64,000 nucleotides of DNA from the human T2T-CHM13v2.0 reference genome, Homo sapiens. The stretch is from assembly GCF_009914755.1 (NCBI RefSeq), contig NC_060938.1, one strand, 5' to 3'. This document shows positions 1 to 13,837 of the stretch, one piece after another. How positions within the stretch are numbered: position 1 is the stretch's first letter; the number at the start of each line of letters is the position of its first letter. The notes under the pieces are model-generated. The model was not told the origin of the DNA, made no database searches, and saw only the letters and a list, made by a program, of their open reading frames with translations. The position numbers and the translations under genes were made by a program.

Positions 1-287
1 GGAAATTAGGAGATGTTGATCAAAGGACATAAAGTTTCATTTATGCAAGATTAATCAATTCTGAAGTTCTAATGTGTAGCATAGCATAGTGACTATAGTT
101 AGTAATACTGTATTGTGTACTTGAAATTTGCTAATAGGGTCAATCTTAAGTGTAAGCGTTCTCACCAAGATAATTTTTCTAAAGCTAACTATGAAAGTGA
201 TGGAAATTTAACTAGCTTGATTGTGGTGATCATTTCACAATGTATGCATATATCAAAGCATCAAGCTGTATACCTTAAATATATATA
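1..287 (+). mobile_element. Old L1 (L1MA-type) 3' UTR; its terminus resumes at ~691-730 after an inserted inverted duplication
   Basis: gtgactatagttagtaatactgtattgtgtacttgaaatttgctaa...gcttgattgtggtgatcatttcacaatgtat...catcaagctgtataccttaaatatata matches L1MA 3' ends; aatttctaattatcaattataacacaatgaaactgaaaaa at 691-730 resembles the L1M terminus. Confidence 0.8.
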
Positions 288-629
288 ATTTATATATATT
301 ATATAATATGAATATATAAAAATTATATATAAATCTGTTATATATATCAAGCTGTATACCTTAAATATATATATTTTAAATATACTTTTTAAAATATATA
401 TTTTTAAGGTATATTTAAAATATATTTTTTTAAGATATAATAAATACATATATTTTAAATATAAATATATAAATATATATTAAATATATTTTTTAAGGTA
501 TACAGCTTGATGCTTTGATATATGCATACATTGTGAAATGATCACCACAATCAAGCTAGTTAAATTTCCATCATCTTATATAGTTAGCTTTAGAAAAATT
601 ATTTTGGTGAGAACACTTACACTTAAGAT
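143..629. repeat. Long inverted repeat: ~137-bp arms (143-279 and 492-629) around a ~212-bp AT-rich spacer
   Basis: The reverse complement of 492-629 aligns to 143-279; 198-279 is a perfect match, with a few substitutions and one indel in the outer part. Confidence 0.95.
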
Positions 630-749
630 AGACTTATTTATTTAAATATACATAAATTATATATATATATATATATACGTGTGTGTGTGTAATTTCTAAT
701 TATCAATTATAACACAATGAAACTGAAAAACTCTTAAAAAGAAGAAAAG

Positions 750-1050
750 GGACTGTGATAACTATCTTTAAACACTTGAGGTAATATGATTTGAAAGTAG
801 GAGTGAACTTGTTCTGTGTATCTCCAAAGACAGAACCAATACATGTAAACAATAGGAAGTCAAACTTTGACTCAAAATAAGAAATAACTCTTTGAAAATC
901 AAAAGCATCGAAAAGAGGAATGGACTTCTTCAGGAGGAAGGGAAGTAAATAAAAGAGGATATTTGGTTGTGTAATCATAGAGAAGCCTCACACATCAGAT
1001 GTGTGTCTGAACTTGATGATCCTTATTTTCTAAGATCTCCAGTTACGTGA
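750..1050 (+). mobile_element. L3/CR1 LINE 3' remnant
   Basis: ataactatctttaaacacttgagg...ttgttctgtgtatctccaaag...tttgactcaaaataagaaataac resembles CR1/L3 3' ends; highly decayed. Confidence 0.5.
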
Positions 1051-2164
1051 TTTAGGACAATCTTCCTATAAGGAATTGCAGTTGAGATTCATATGGAAGG
1101 ATAAGTATTAATAGGATTTAGATATCTTTAACTTAGGAGAGGATACATCAAATTGAATGAAAAGCATGAGCCAAATGGAAGCAGGTGGGTGAGTTTGTTT
1201 AATAAATTCTCATGACAGAACCTTCTGTTTGATTTGAAGGTGTGCGCCCGGTAGTATTCAGGCCTGTCTGAGAATGTCTGAAGAACTATTGTACTAAGTC
1301 TGCTAAATGTCTATTGTTTATTCACCAGAGAAACCAAGAATTCTCCTGGAAAATGAATTAAAAATATAGTTGCTCTGAGGAAACTGAGAGAATTAGAGAA
1401 ATTGATATAAATTATTTCCTCAGCTACTCATATTTATTTCCCAATAATCCATCTAGTGTTTCTATAGAGTAGAGGTTTGAGGAGAAGTATCCTTCACCTT
1501 GTTTTATATTTCTTTGTGAAAAACAGCAATTGATGTAACATTAAAGAAGAGTGAATCCTCCTGGTGAATTGGATGAGGAATTAAGCAAAGAAAGAAAATC
1601 TAGTGTCTTCCTTGCATCACCTCTTTGTGTCCATTTCTATCAGAAATCAGACATTCTGTGCTGTTTCCCCATGTCATATTTTACAGGCAAGTCCTCAAAT
1701 GAGGAAGCCCATGGTCTACTGGTACTACCAATATCAAGCTGAATAATTCTTCCTTATTCGGGGATTCAGTATTAAGAAATTTCTTGTTTCCGTATATCTA
1801 AGACAGCTTTTTCAGTATCACTCTTATTATCAGTAATAAAAAAGTAACTGAGCTCCATTCTGACTCACTTTCATCTTCTCAATTGCTTCAGAATTTGGGA
1901 AGGAGGAAAGGGGAATTATTTATTAGACTCCTTCGAACACCAATAGTGAACAAGTTAGAGAAATAATGATTTGTTACTGTTAGTTTAATGCTTTATGCAA
2001 CTTGTAAGGTCTCAATAAAATTACTGTTTGTTTTATTTTTCTCACTTTATTCTTACCTAAAAACAAAAGGACAATATTGCTATCTCAATAGTGTTTGAAA
2101 TTATTGAGATTTTAGGTGTCGTTAAAGCCAACACATAGAACATATACAGATTTTTTTTAATCAA

Positions 2165-2545
2165 AAGTTAATCCAGTAAACAACCCAAATGTCCTCAATT
2201 GTAGAATGGATAAATAACGGTGGAAATAAGCAAACTATAGTAACACACAACAACCTAGATGAATATCAAAAACATAATGTTAAGATAAGGAAGCAAGACA
2301 CAGAGAATATAGTTTCAATTTATGTTTAAAAAGCTACAAAAATGGGCAGACTAAACTATATTGTTTAAGGAATACATAGGTATTACAACAATATAAAAAG
2401 AAAGGAAATTATTATCAAAAAATTTAGAATAATTCTGGGGGGTAAACGAAGGTATTGCAAATGAGGAGGGGCATGTGGTGGGTAACTAGGGTTGGGGCAA
2501 TACTCTAATTCTCGACCTAAGAGGTAGTTACACGGAGGTGTGTCA
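2165..2545 (+). mobile_element. L1ME-type 3' fragment
   Basis: aacaacccaaatgtcctcaa...gaatggataaataa...aacataatgttaag...gaagcaagacacagag motifs. Confidence 0.65.
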
Positions 2546-3373
2546 TCTTTTGATGTTCTTGTCTCACAATCCAGACCAACCTATTCTTTGTCCTGTCTTT
2601 TCACTTAACTTTTATCCTCCTTAAATTCTACCAGCATGCTATTCAGCTATACCTATTAGAAATTATAATTTTCTCTTTCTTTAGATTTATGAGGAGGATA
2701 AGTTTATATCTACAATCTCTTCCCTTTTTTCTCCAGTAAATCCTATTTCTTTCTTTGGGATAGCAGTATACATCGTGGAGATGGAACATTAAATGTCTTA
2801 CTGCTTTTACTTCTGTTTTTATTTTATTTTATTGTATTTTCCTTCATCACCTCTCCCTCTTTCTTCCATCCTTTCCTTGCTACCATCCTGTGTGCTTGTC
2901 TTTTAACTTTGGTTCGTTTATTCTAGGAATTTCCTCCCAGAATCCTGGAGTACCACTTGAAATGACAGCTACATGTTTATAATGGAAATAGCTTGTTTTT
3001 GGATTTTATGCAGTTTCACTATGAGAAACAGATAAAATGAAGTTATTAGCACATAAGACTAAAATCAAATTCACTATGGCATAATAAGTAAACACACCAG
3101 AAATCTCAGAACCTTGTGGACAGTGAGAAAAACCAGATAAAAAAATAAACCCCCACAGCCATATTTTCTTTCTACACTGAATTTTAGGGACATGTTAATA
3201 TGGCATACGTGCCTGTTGTACTCTATTTGTTCTAAAATGTATTCCCATAGTATTAAAAGAGTCTCTATAGCAAAGAGACAAGTTGGTTTAATGATTCATC
3301 TTTAGGATTTAGACTTCAAATGAGAAAGAAGTTGTAAGATGATTTTCCAAAATAGTCTTGATTAGGTGAGAAG

Positions 3374-3375
<2 letters not shown>

Positions 3376-3409
<34 letters not shown>
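3376..3409. repeat. (GT)17 microsatellite
   Basis: Direct reading. Confidence 0.95.
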
Positions 3410-3413
<4 letters not shown>

Positions 3414-5540
3414 GACAGTGAAAATTAAGAGTTCTTGAGGTTTTCAAATAGTCATTATTCTGGTATGGTAATTTACTTTACATTAAAAAGTCTTTCAGCC
3501 AAAATAATCATTTGCAAAAAACTAATGAGATATATAATGACTTTATAAATTAAAATTATACGGTAGTACTCAATTCTTATATTTTCCACAGCAATTATGG
3601 TGACACTATTTAATGGCACAGCATAATATTATACATTTATTTATGACAATATTTCTGTGTGGAAATGGAAACTGATATTTTTTAAAATCCCATTTAAGAG
3701 AATTTAAAATTTCAAAAAATATAATTTATAATCTGAAATATTTTGTTACTAAATTATGCATAAATCACTGCAAGGTAAACTCAGCGCAAGTATTTATAAA
3801 ATGATAACGAATTATTTTTTAAATTAAAAATATTTTAGTGCTAAGAATAATAGTTACAATTTTGGTATCCCAGACATAGTTTTAATGAGTTAGGAGAATA
3901 CAATTTTATATTTCAAATGTGTATATATATTAAATTATATACATTTTAAACCAATAGTTTATCATAAGTAAAAGAATACTAAACATACTGAAAAGTATTG
4001 TTAGCATTATTTTTTCATTAAGTTTTGATAAGTAGTATATGTATCTTGTACAAGACATAATACAACAGCAAAATTGAATTTAAGCATTGGAAAAATAAAA
4101 AGCAAAAATACTTTATAAAGAGAAGCCATATGAGCAAAATGATAGTTTTAAACATAATTTTTTGGCTCTAGAGTAAGTATACTAAAGTATTGCCTAGCAA
4201 TAGCAATAACTGAAGATGCGATGAGAATTGGAAATATCAAATTTGTCCTTTTATAATTAGTAGTTTTTAAAATTATATATGGAATAATTTACCCAAACTC
4301 TACAGAAATACAGGCAAAATAACTTGATATCTCAAATAACATCTGCCTAATATTTCTCTTTTTCCCTTATCAAAGGACTGGTCACTTGATAAGGTGAAAA
4401 TTGAAGTGTAGACAATTTCCCTGTTCTATTTCCTAGAATAACTACTAATATTATTTGAGGTTCAAAAAAAAAAGTGTAATACAGCTTACTAAATGTTAGG
4501 TGATATTTTAGGAAATTAAAAGAAATAGCTTGGTCTCTATTTTCTAAAACGTGCCATACAATTAAAAAACCGATAGAATATTCCTTATAGCATTTGTTGT
4601 AATTAGACCCCTGTAGCTGAAAGTCATAAATATGATTAATGCACTGTTGATACCTGAGATATTACTCAATATGATCATATTTTATATGTACTAATGATTA
4701 TATAAAATAATAGCAAAGACTAATAAATTCCTAAGTGTAAGAACTCAAAATTATATGAGCTGTTTTAGTTAGTTTATATTAATAAGGTAAATAGGAATAG
4801 AAACAAAGCATCAATAAAAATCAATTTACTTAAATTAGGTATAGGATGTTGATTAAATATACAGTTAATAATAATTTTTTAACAACTTATATGAAACAAA
4901 AAACATTAACTGTTCTATACTTTTTTGAAATAAATTACAAGGCATCTGGAAAGGGCATAATCTCACTAAAAGTGAACGACTGAATATTGAATTCAAACAC
5001 CATGCCAATGTTCTTTGAAAACAAACATCAAACACTTAGAAAGCATATATTACTTATCATTTATGGTTATAAAAAGCATAACTGGTGCCACTTTTCCATT
5101 TCCATCTCTTAAATCACACTACCTCTTAATTAATGATTCTGCTCTCATGATTTAGCATATTCATTCATTTTATGATTTATTCCTTCATGGAGATGTGCTG
5201 AGAAAAAATTCTAAAAGCAAAATTAATTCAAAATAACCATTTAGAAAAAATGTTGTATTACATATATTGTATCCATGTTTGTGATTTTAAGATTTTCTTT
5301 TTTTTTTTTTTTTCTTTTTCTTTTTTTTTTTTTTTATTATACTCTAAGTTTTAGGGTACATGTGCACATTGTGCAGGTTAGTTACATATGTATACATGTG
5401 CCATGCTGGTGCGCTGCACCCACTAATGTGTCATCTAGCATTAGGTATATCTCCCAATGCTATCCCTCCCCCCTCCCCCGACCCCACCACAGTCCCCAGA
5501 GTGTGATATTCCCCTTCCTGTGTCCATGTGATCTCATTGT

Positions 5541-6605
<1,065 letters not shown>

Positions 6606-6629
6606 AGATACATAGTCAAGATTTTCTTT

Positions 6630-8340
6630 CTTAAAACATTTTTCCCTTCCTGACAGTAATATGTTTACTCTGAAAATTTGAAAAAATATAAAGAAAAAAT
6701 AAAAGTTACACTAACACTTCAGTAATATCTTACTTCAGGGAGAACCATCCTTTACATTTTGATAAATATCCATCAATACTTTATATGCACATCCAAGTAT
6801 ACATTTGATTATATACATTCTTTAGAAATAGAGAATCGTAATATACTTACTATTTTATAAAATTCCTGATGTCCTCATGATATGAAATATTTGTCAATAA
6901 TATTATTTGATAACTGCATAGTAGTTTATTTTATGAATGAATCATATATTATAATAAAGTTAACTTAATTCCCCTTGTTAGACAAATAAGTGATTTCTTT
7001 TTTAAAAAATATTAACAATGTTAATGAATATCCTTGATATCAAAAATTTTTGTACCTGCATGATTTTCTTAAAAGTATATATTGCTATACATATGAAGTC
7101 AATAATCTAGGGAATAGCAGTTGTAGCCTTTTCTAAATGTATTGCCAAATTGTTTATTCCCAATGCAATGCTAATTTTTACACATACCAATTGATAAGCA
7201 CAGTTTTTGTTTCCTTGTAATGCAACTATGCTGTGGATTGTCTCTTTTATTTGAACATTTAAGTACTAATTGTGTAGAACTTTTTTTTGTATAAAATGTG
7301 AGGTTGTCTTTTCATGTAATTGTTTCTAAAATATTTTACTTGTCCTTATACCATTTATTAAATTATCTATTCTTTCCAACCTTATTTGAAATGCCAATTT
7401 ATCTTGAATTAAATTTTTTCACATTTAATTCTGGGTGTCTATTTCATTGGTCCATTTGTACGTAAAATCCAGTATGATTATCTCTAAATATATTCCTTCT
7501 TCAAGCTCTCATGCAGCATGCTACTTATCCTATCATATTATTTATCCCCACAGTATTGTAATTTTGTATTTTTCTACTGCTTCATATTGCTGTGTCCATA
7601 GTGTGCATTTTGCTAGCACATGAAGCAAGTTAGTCATAAAATATATTATTGAATTTTAATATCTGAGAAGTAAAGACTCTATAAGCCTTTCTTTCAAAAT
7701 TTTGTAAGGTTTTAAAATTGTTTTTCTTATTTATTTTTCAAATTTCAGTATTATTTTGTTAAGCATCTTTCCTAAAAGCTCAGTGCAATTTTCCTGGTAT
7801 AATATTAAATGTATAAATTAGTTTGAGAAAAATGTACGACCTTCAACGTTAGTTTTTTTCATCCAGGAAAGTAGAACGCATATTTACTTGAGACTTCTTT
7901 TATACTTCTGACTAAAATTCAACATTTTTCTTCACATAGGTCCTGCATGTTTCTTTTGAAGTTTATCATTTAGTACTTACTATTTTATAAGTGAAATAGT
8001 TTTCTGTTAAATTTCTCTACTAGTTATTGCTAGTATATTGAATTCTTACTAATTTTCACAGTTGTATTCTATTTTCATGGGGTTTTTAGATATATATAAT
8101 TATATCTTAAGCACAGTTTTTACATTTATATCATGTTCCTGATACTGATTATAATAATTTATTTTTATTGCCTTATTATATAGGCTAGTATTTCCAGAAC
8201 AATGTAGAATATCATTAATCTCATTATTTTTGTTGTCCTACTTTTTGTGAAAATGACTGTAATATTTCATTATGATATTGAAAATTGGTTCTTTGCCTGA
8301 GGTAACATTCTTATACTGAAGAAGTTTTATTGTACTCCTA
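6630..8340 (-). mobile_element. Ancient L1ME/L1MC remnant
   Basis: Decayed antisense L1 3'UTR/ORF2 motifs (taactgcatagtagttt, tattgccaaattg, atccaggaaagtagaac, ggctagtatttccagaacaatgt). Confidence 0.6.
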
Positions 8341-8984
8341 GTTTACACAGACCCTTCTCCAAATACTGAGTTTGGATCAATATATTCACTGCTCATTACA
8401 CGTATTTGATGCTACTACAGAAGTTGATACAGTCCTTCTATGAAAATGTCTTTCTAGCCTCATAGAGAGGAAAAAGAACAAAGTAGAAGGATCATAGAGG
8501 TCAATGGCTCTTTCTCCAAGAGAAGCAATCAGTGTCTCAACAGAACTCTGATATCCTGGTGTACAGAGCTTCTGAAGTGAAGCTTACTATTTCCTCCATT
8601 ACATTATCTGAAATTTTGCTGCTTCAAAGTTCTTGAATACTTCAAGTCCCTTTCCATGTGTCATCCTTAATAACATGAACAATGTATACTAATTAGTATA
8701 ATACAATATTTTTGTTTTATATCAAAATTAAAAGACTTTAGAAAAGACAGGAGACAGAGAAGGGCATGAATATCAAGGAGGGAGCTGTAATTCAGCATAA
8801 GATTTGAGTTGGAATGGCAATTAAGCACCCACTACAAGTCTGAATTACATTAGCATCCTTTCAGTGTCCCTTTAGTCTTTATTGGTCCATCCCTGCCATA
8901 CATGAACTTCTTCATTTATAACTTTTTTTTTCTTAGGTAGTGTACTTTAGTGACAAAACAAAAATGCATTTCCGTCGTCTGTGC

Positions 8985-9260
8985 TATTTTTTCATTCATT
9001 AATTTACCAAATACATTTGAGAAATTCACACGTGCCAGGGTGCCAGGTTGTTTTAGACTTTGGGGAAATGATGATGGAATTAGATGAAGTCCTTAGAATT
9101 AAAACTTACTTTCTAGTGGATAAATCACAGACAAAATATTATAAAAATAAGGAAGGGAATTTGGATAATGAGACATGTGATGCAAAAAATAAAACATTAT
9201 AATATGATAGATTCTAACTGGAAGACTATTTTAGATTCACGAGAAAGGAAGAACTCTAGG
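8985..9260 (-). mobile_element. L2 fragment
   Basis: ttcattcatt...caaatacatttgag...cgtgccagg is an antisense L2 3' end. Confidence 0.55.
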
Positions 9261-11699
9261 AAGGAGAGTCTAAAATTCCACCATGAAAGAGATTCCTTTG
9301 ATTGATATATTAGCCTCTCAGAGTGTTAATAGTTCTGGCCAGTGTAAGACATAACTCTAGCATAAGCTCATACCAATTTCTACTCAGGAGATCAAAGGAT
9401 AGGCCTAATTTGGGATAAATCTTGGTGGGCAAAACCAGGGGACCCTGAAAGGAGGAATACAAAATAAATAAATGGATATGGAATACAAAAAGAACAGGGA
9501 AGAAAAATTTTAACTACTTCAAAATTTACCTCAAAGCTGACATTCAGCAAAACTTCAAATGTCAACATGGTATGATTAGTAGAGTTTGTACTCATTTCAG
9601 CCATTTAGGATGTATGACAACAAGACCTGGAACTGTACTCTAAAATGTACCATTAATAGTAACAGCTACAGGACTCCTAAAAATGCTATCTTTACTGCCG
9701 CTGCCACTACTACTGCATGCTACTGACACGGATATTATTATTATTTCTATTATTACAAGCCATAGGAAAAACTTGTATCAAAATTTAAGAAAGAAATCCT
9801 ACATTTGATGGAGAACATCATCATTTAGGAAATACATGCCTTTCAATTTCAATTGTCTCCCTATAATATGGGTATTTTTCTTATTTCATGGCAGTATTTA
9901 GATCCTGAATTAAAAATGAGTGTAGGCCAAGAGCTTCTTATGGAAAGGGTACTATGGCTTCTACAACTTTTAATTTTATCACATTTAATACAGCACTTAG
10001 CGTATAACCAAAGCCTAATTTATATTACTTGAAATGATTTTTGAAATGTTATATAATGCAATAAAACAAACACACAGCTATCCTTATTGTTTTGGATTAA
10101 TTGTTCCTTTAGATATCTGCTTATGTATAACTAAGGACTAGAGTTTTTCTTTACAATATGTAGAGAAATCTTCCCATATGTAGAATAATTCATTCAGTAT
10201 GTGAAATTACCATGTGGAAAGAGTTCTATAACATTATTCACTATGGCAAAATGAATGTTTTCTATAATGTACATCTTGTGAAGCCTCATCTGAAAAGGCG
10301 TAATTTTGAAATTATCAGAAGACATTGTATCCTCACTTCAATCTGGCTATGAGCAGTAAGACATGTACTCTTATGTGAGTAGTTAAATGACATTCAATAT
10401 GGGTCAAATAATAATAACCAAATACAAGTTTTTGCCTATAAGATATTCTAAAACATGCTGCTCATTATTTTTCCCTTCTTGTTTTATCCATAAAAATAAG
10501 CAATATTTGAAAAACTTCTTAAAGATTATTCCTAATTTTATAGCAGTATTATATGTAAAGCCATTTTTATATTAAGGTAAAATGTCCAATGTATTTCATT
10601 CTACATAATAATTGAGTAATTAACAAATATTAATGAAACAAAATTAAACAAATGACAACTATATTACCCTAACCTTGTTTCAAAAGAGCTGCTTTTCTAC
10701 ACCACATATTCTGTGCCTACCTATATTTCTATGGCCATATTGCCTGAAGTGGGGTATGCCTTTCAGACCATATCCCTTGTGAAAATTATGCAGGAATGAT
10801 TTCTAATGAGAAATTCCTTACATGAGTTGGGTCAGTTCATGACTGAGTTCAAATCAAAAATCCAAAGATCATTAAAATTGTACCAGTAATAATATATTTA
10901 ATAGAAGTTTTATTTCATATCTTTCATGTATGTATATGTCCCATATGTGATTACGTATCTATGTATGTATATATATTCATGGGTGTATGCATGAATATAT
11001 TCATACATTCATATGCTTGATTCCTATAAATTACCTACTAAATACCTAAACCCCAATTATCTTTGGGAAGAAAGACTGAAATTGACAAAGCATAGCAAAT
11101 AAATGAATTAACTGAGAAATTTGAATCACACAAAACACACACATGGTGATTTAGAAACAAAGTACTAGAATTAAGTAAATAATGTTTTCTTATAATGATT
11201 TATTGAATTAGTCCGGATAGTTATACTCCTAGGGGGCAGTAATTATATATTTTGAAAAAATAAATAAGGGAATGAATAAATGGATGCTCAACAGTAGCCA
11301 GCACTTCAGGTAATATTTCTTGGAACACATAGAAATATTAAGTCAATGAATGAATCATGTGAAACCAGATTTACACAGACAATATGGTTTTGTGACAAAA
11401 TTTTCATTCTTTTCTGTGCAGTTATTTTGAGAAAAAAAAATTCAAGTTGCAACATTGACTGAGTAAGAGTCAAAAGTTTTGTACCTAGAAGTTATCCCAC
11501 AATGAAAATGTATCCCCCTTTTTAACAACCAAATTAGGTGCACATTATTTGAAAGCTGACTGGTTTAGTCTTAATTTGATGATATATTTGTGTATCTATG
11601 ATATATTGGGTTACTTAATTTTATTTCAGTAATACTAAATAGGAATTTAGTGTTTTCTTCATTATCAATATATAAAATAAGTTTAAGTAGTAAATTTAG

Positions 11700-12020
11700 C
11701 CCTTGTGACTTTATCACCAATAAACACATCATGTATTTTTATATCACATGACAGTTGTTATAGACATCTTAGAATATATTCTATGGTCAGCACTCTTGAA
11801 ATTACACCGATTTCACCCATCTTATTTAATGAATTAATAAAGAGGTATAGTTATCTTACATTTTTATTAAATGATGTTACTTATATTTCAGTGTAATTGT
11901 TTTCTTTTCAATCCAATTAAATTTATTTTATACTTTTGAAAATGACTATTCTGGGAAGGTATCCATGAGTTTCCTCAGACTACCAAAGTTCTCCACAGCA
12001 CCCACAAGTTTAAAATTTTT
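11700..12020. mobile_element. hAT-Charlie (Charlie4-like) DNA transposon remnant
   Basis: attctgggaaggtatccatgagtttcctcagactaccaaag resembles Charlie4 termini. Confidence 0.35.
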
Positions 12021-12021
12021 T

Positions 12022-12170
12022 GTGCCTTCATTTCTTACTTATAAATTAGGGATAATAATATTAGGTTGGTGCAAAAGTTATCGCAGTTTTGGCCATTAAA
12101 AGTTTACTCTTTTTTTAACCAAGTAGTAACACCTATTTCATGGGGCTATTGTGAAGATTACATAAGATAA
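12022..12170 (+). mobile_element. MIR fragment interrupted by a half MADE1
   Basis: tttcttacttataaattagggataataata...acctatttcatggggctattgtgaagattacataagataa is the MIR core. Confidence 0.65.
12061..12103. mobile_element. Half MADE1 (Hsmar1-derived MITE): one TIR plus the spacer
   Basis: ta|ttaggttggtgcaaaagttatcgcagttttggccattaaaagt; the second arm is absent. Confidence 0.8.
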
Positions 12171-12238
12171 AAGATAATACTAATTCATTATGCATTTCCG
12201 TTTATTACAAAGTGAATTTTACCTCCAAAAGTATTCTC

Positions 12239-12454
12239 TAATCTTTTTTTTCTTTTATTATTATTATACTTTAAGTTTTAGGGTACATGTGCACAATGTG
12301 TAGGTTAGCTACATATGTATACATGTGCCATGCTGGTGTGCTGCACCCATTAACTCGTCATTTAGCATTAGGTATATCTCCTAAAGCTATCCCTCCCCCC
12401 TCCCCCCACCCCACAACCGTCCCCAGAGTGTGATGTTCCCCTTCCTTAATCTTT
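12239..12454 (-). mobile_element. L1PA3-like 3'-end insertion (~200 bp) with TSD taatcttt
   Basis: Poly(T), then ttatactttaagttttagggtac...aactcgtcatttagc (GAG type) and the ctcctaaagctatcc variant; taatcttt on both sides. Confidence 0.9.
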
Positions 12455-13477
12455 ATGTACCTCTCTATTTCCGCAGCTACCACTTAATTCCAAGCTATCA
12501 TATCTTCCATAGGAGCTACTGCTGGTTCTTAACTGACTTCATGCTTCCATTCCTAAGTCCCTTTAAACTGATCCAAACTATTCAGCCAGGAAAGCTGCTT
12601 CTTTTTTTTTTTTTTTTTTTTTTTCAAAACACAATTCTGGATTATTACAGACTTCTGATTTGTGCTCTGACATATAAAGAGCTTGTAAATGATCATTCCT
12701 GTCCTAACAAGAGAAAAGATGTACAAATTGAAAATTAATGAATTTTCTGAGATCCATCAGAGAACAGAAGTTACAGAAAAAAACTCATGCCCCAAAAACT
12801 GGAGCGAGGGGCAAATACACAGAATCATAGTTTGCCAGGATTTGAAACTGCTGGAGGCATGAGCAGCTAAGAATGCTTAAATGATAATTGATTAGCTGTT
12901 GGAGCTTGAACACTGATCAGGCTTGTGAGATAAAATCCCCTGGGAGGTTTCAAGTTTAAGTTAAAGGCAGCCCTCATACATTCACGGATTTTACCTTCAG
13001 ATGCCCTACCAGGTTCTCATGGCGAAGAACAGAGGAAAACTCTCTTGTTTGACCATGGGCAGGAAAAAAGTAACTATTTTGAAATATGCTCAGGTTTGAA
13101 AGATAGCCATTTTGAAATGAACCCATAGCATTTTCCACAATAAAGGCCAGACCACCAAAGGAAAAAGCTGCACCAGAGTCTTACCTGACTTGGAGAAAGA
13201 GAACTTAGCCAACTCCAGTCCCCTCTACCCTTCCTGTCTCATCTAAGGTGAGAAAACGTACTGAGAATTATATATTTGTGAAGGGCACAGCTCAGGGTAT
13301 CAGATTAACAGGATTACAGAAAGCTTTTCCTCCCTTTACACATTAACACTAAATCAACAAGGCTCCTGTATAATAAAAGCGAATTACAGTTGAAAGAATT
13401 GCAAAGTTCAGACTCTATTTTACAAGGCGTTTCTAGGGAAACTCAAGACAATAGAAACTATAAAAATAGACAATAGA

Positions 13478-13837
<360 letters not shown>

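Noticed and set aside
261-449. 62-aa Y/I/K-rich ORF
   Set aside because: Translation of the AT-rich spacer.
1660-1700. Plus-strand acceptor ttttacag|gcaagt (possible exon start or AG-GC recursive site)
   Set aside because: No convincing downstream donor or recognisable peptide; GC-type recursive sites are poorly supported.
8340-8480. Possible terminal exon in phase with the 71-nt candidate (…WLERHFHRRTVSTSVVASNTCNEQ*)
   Set aside because: It needs a rare GAG acceptor, the peptide is unrecognisable, and phase agreement is likely chance.
10965-11005. Short inverted repeats in an AT/GT-rich tract
   Set aside because: Expected in low-complexity (TA)-rich sequence.
12061-12103. miR-548-family hairpin
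   Set aside because: Only one MADE1 arm is present, so no stem can form.
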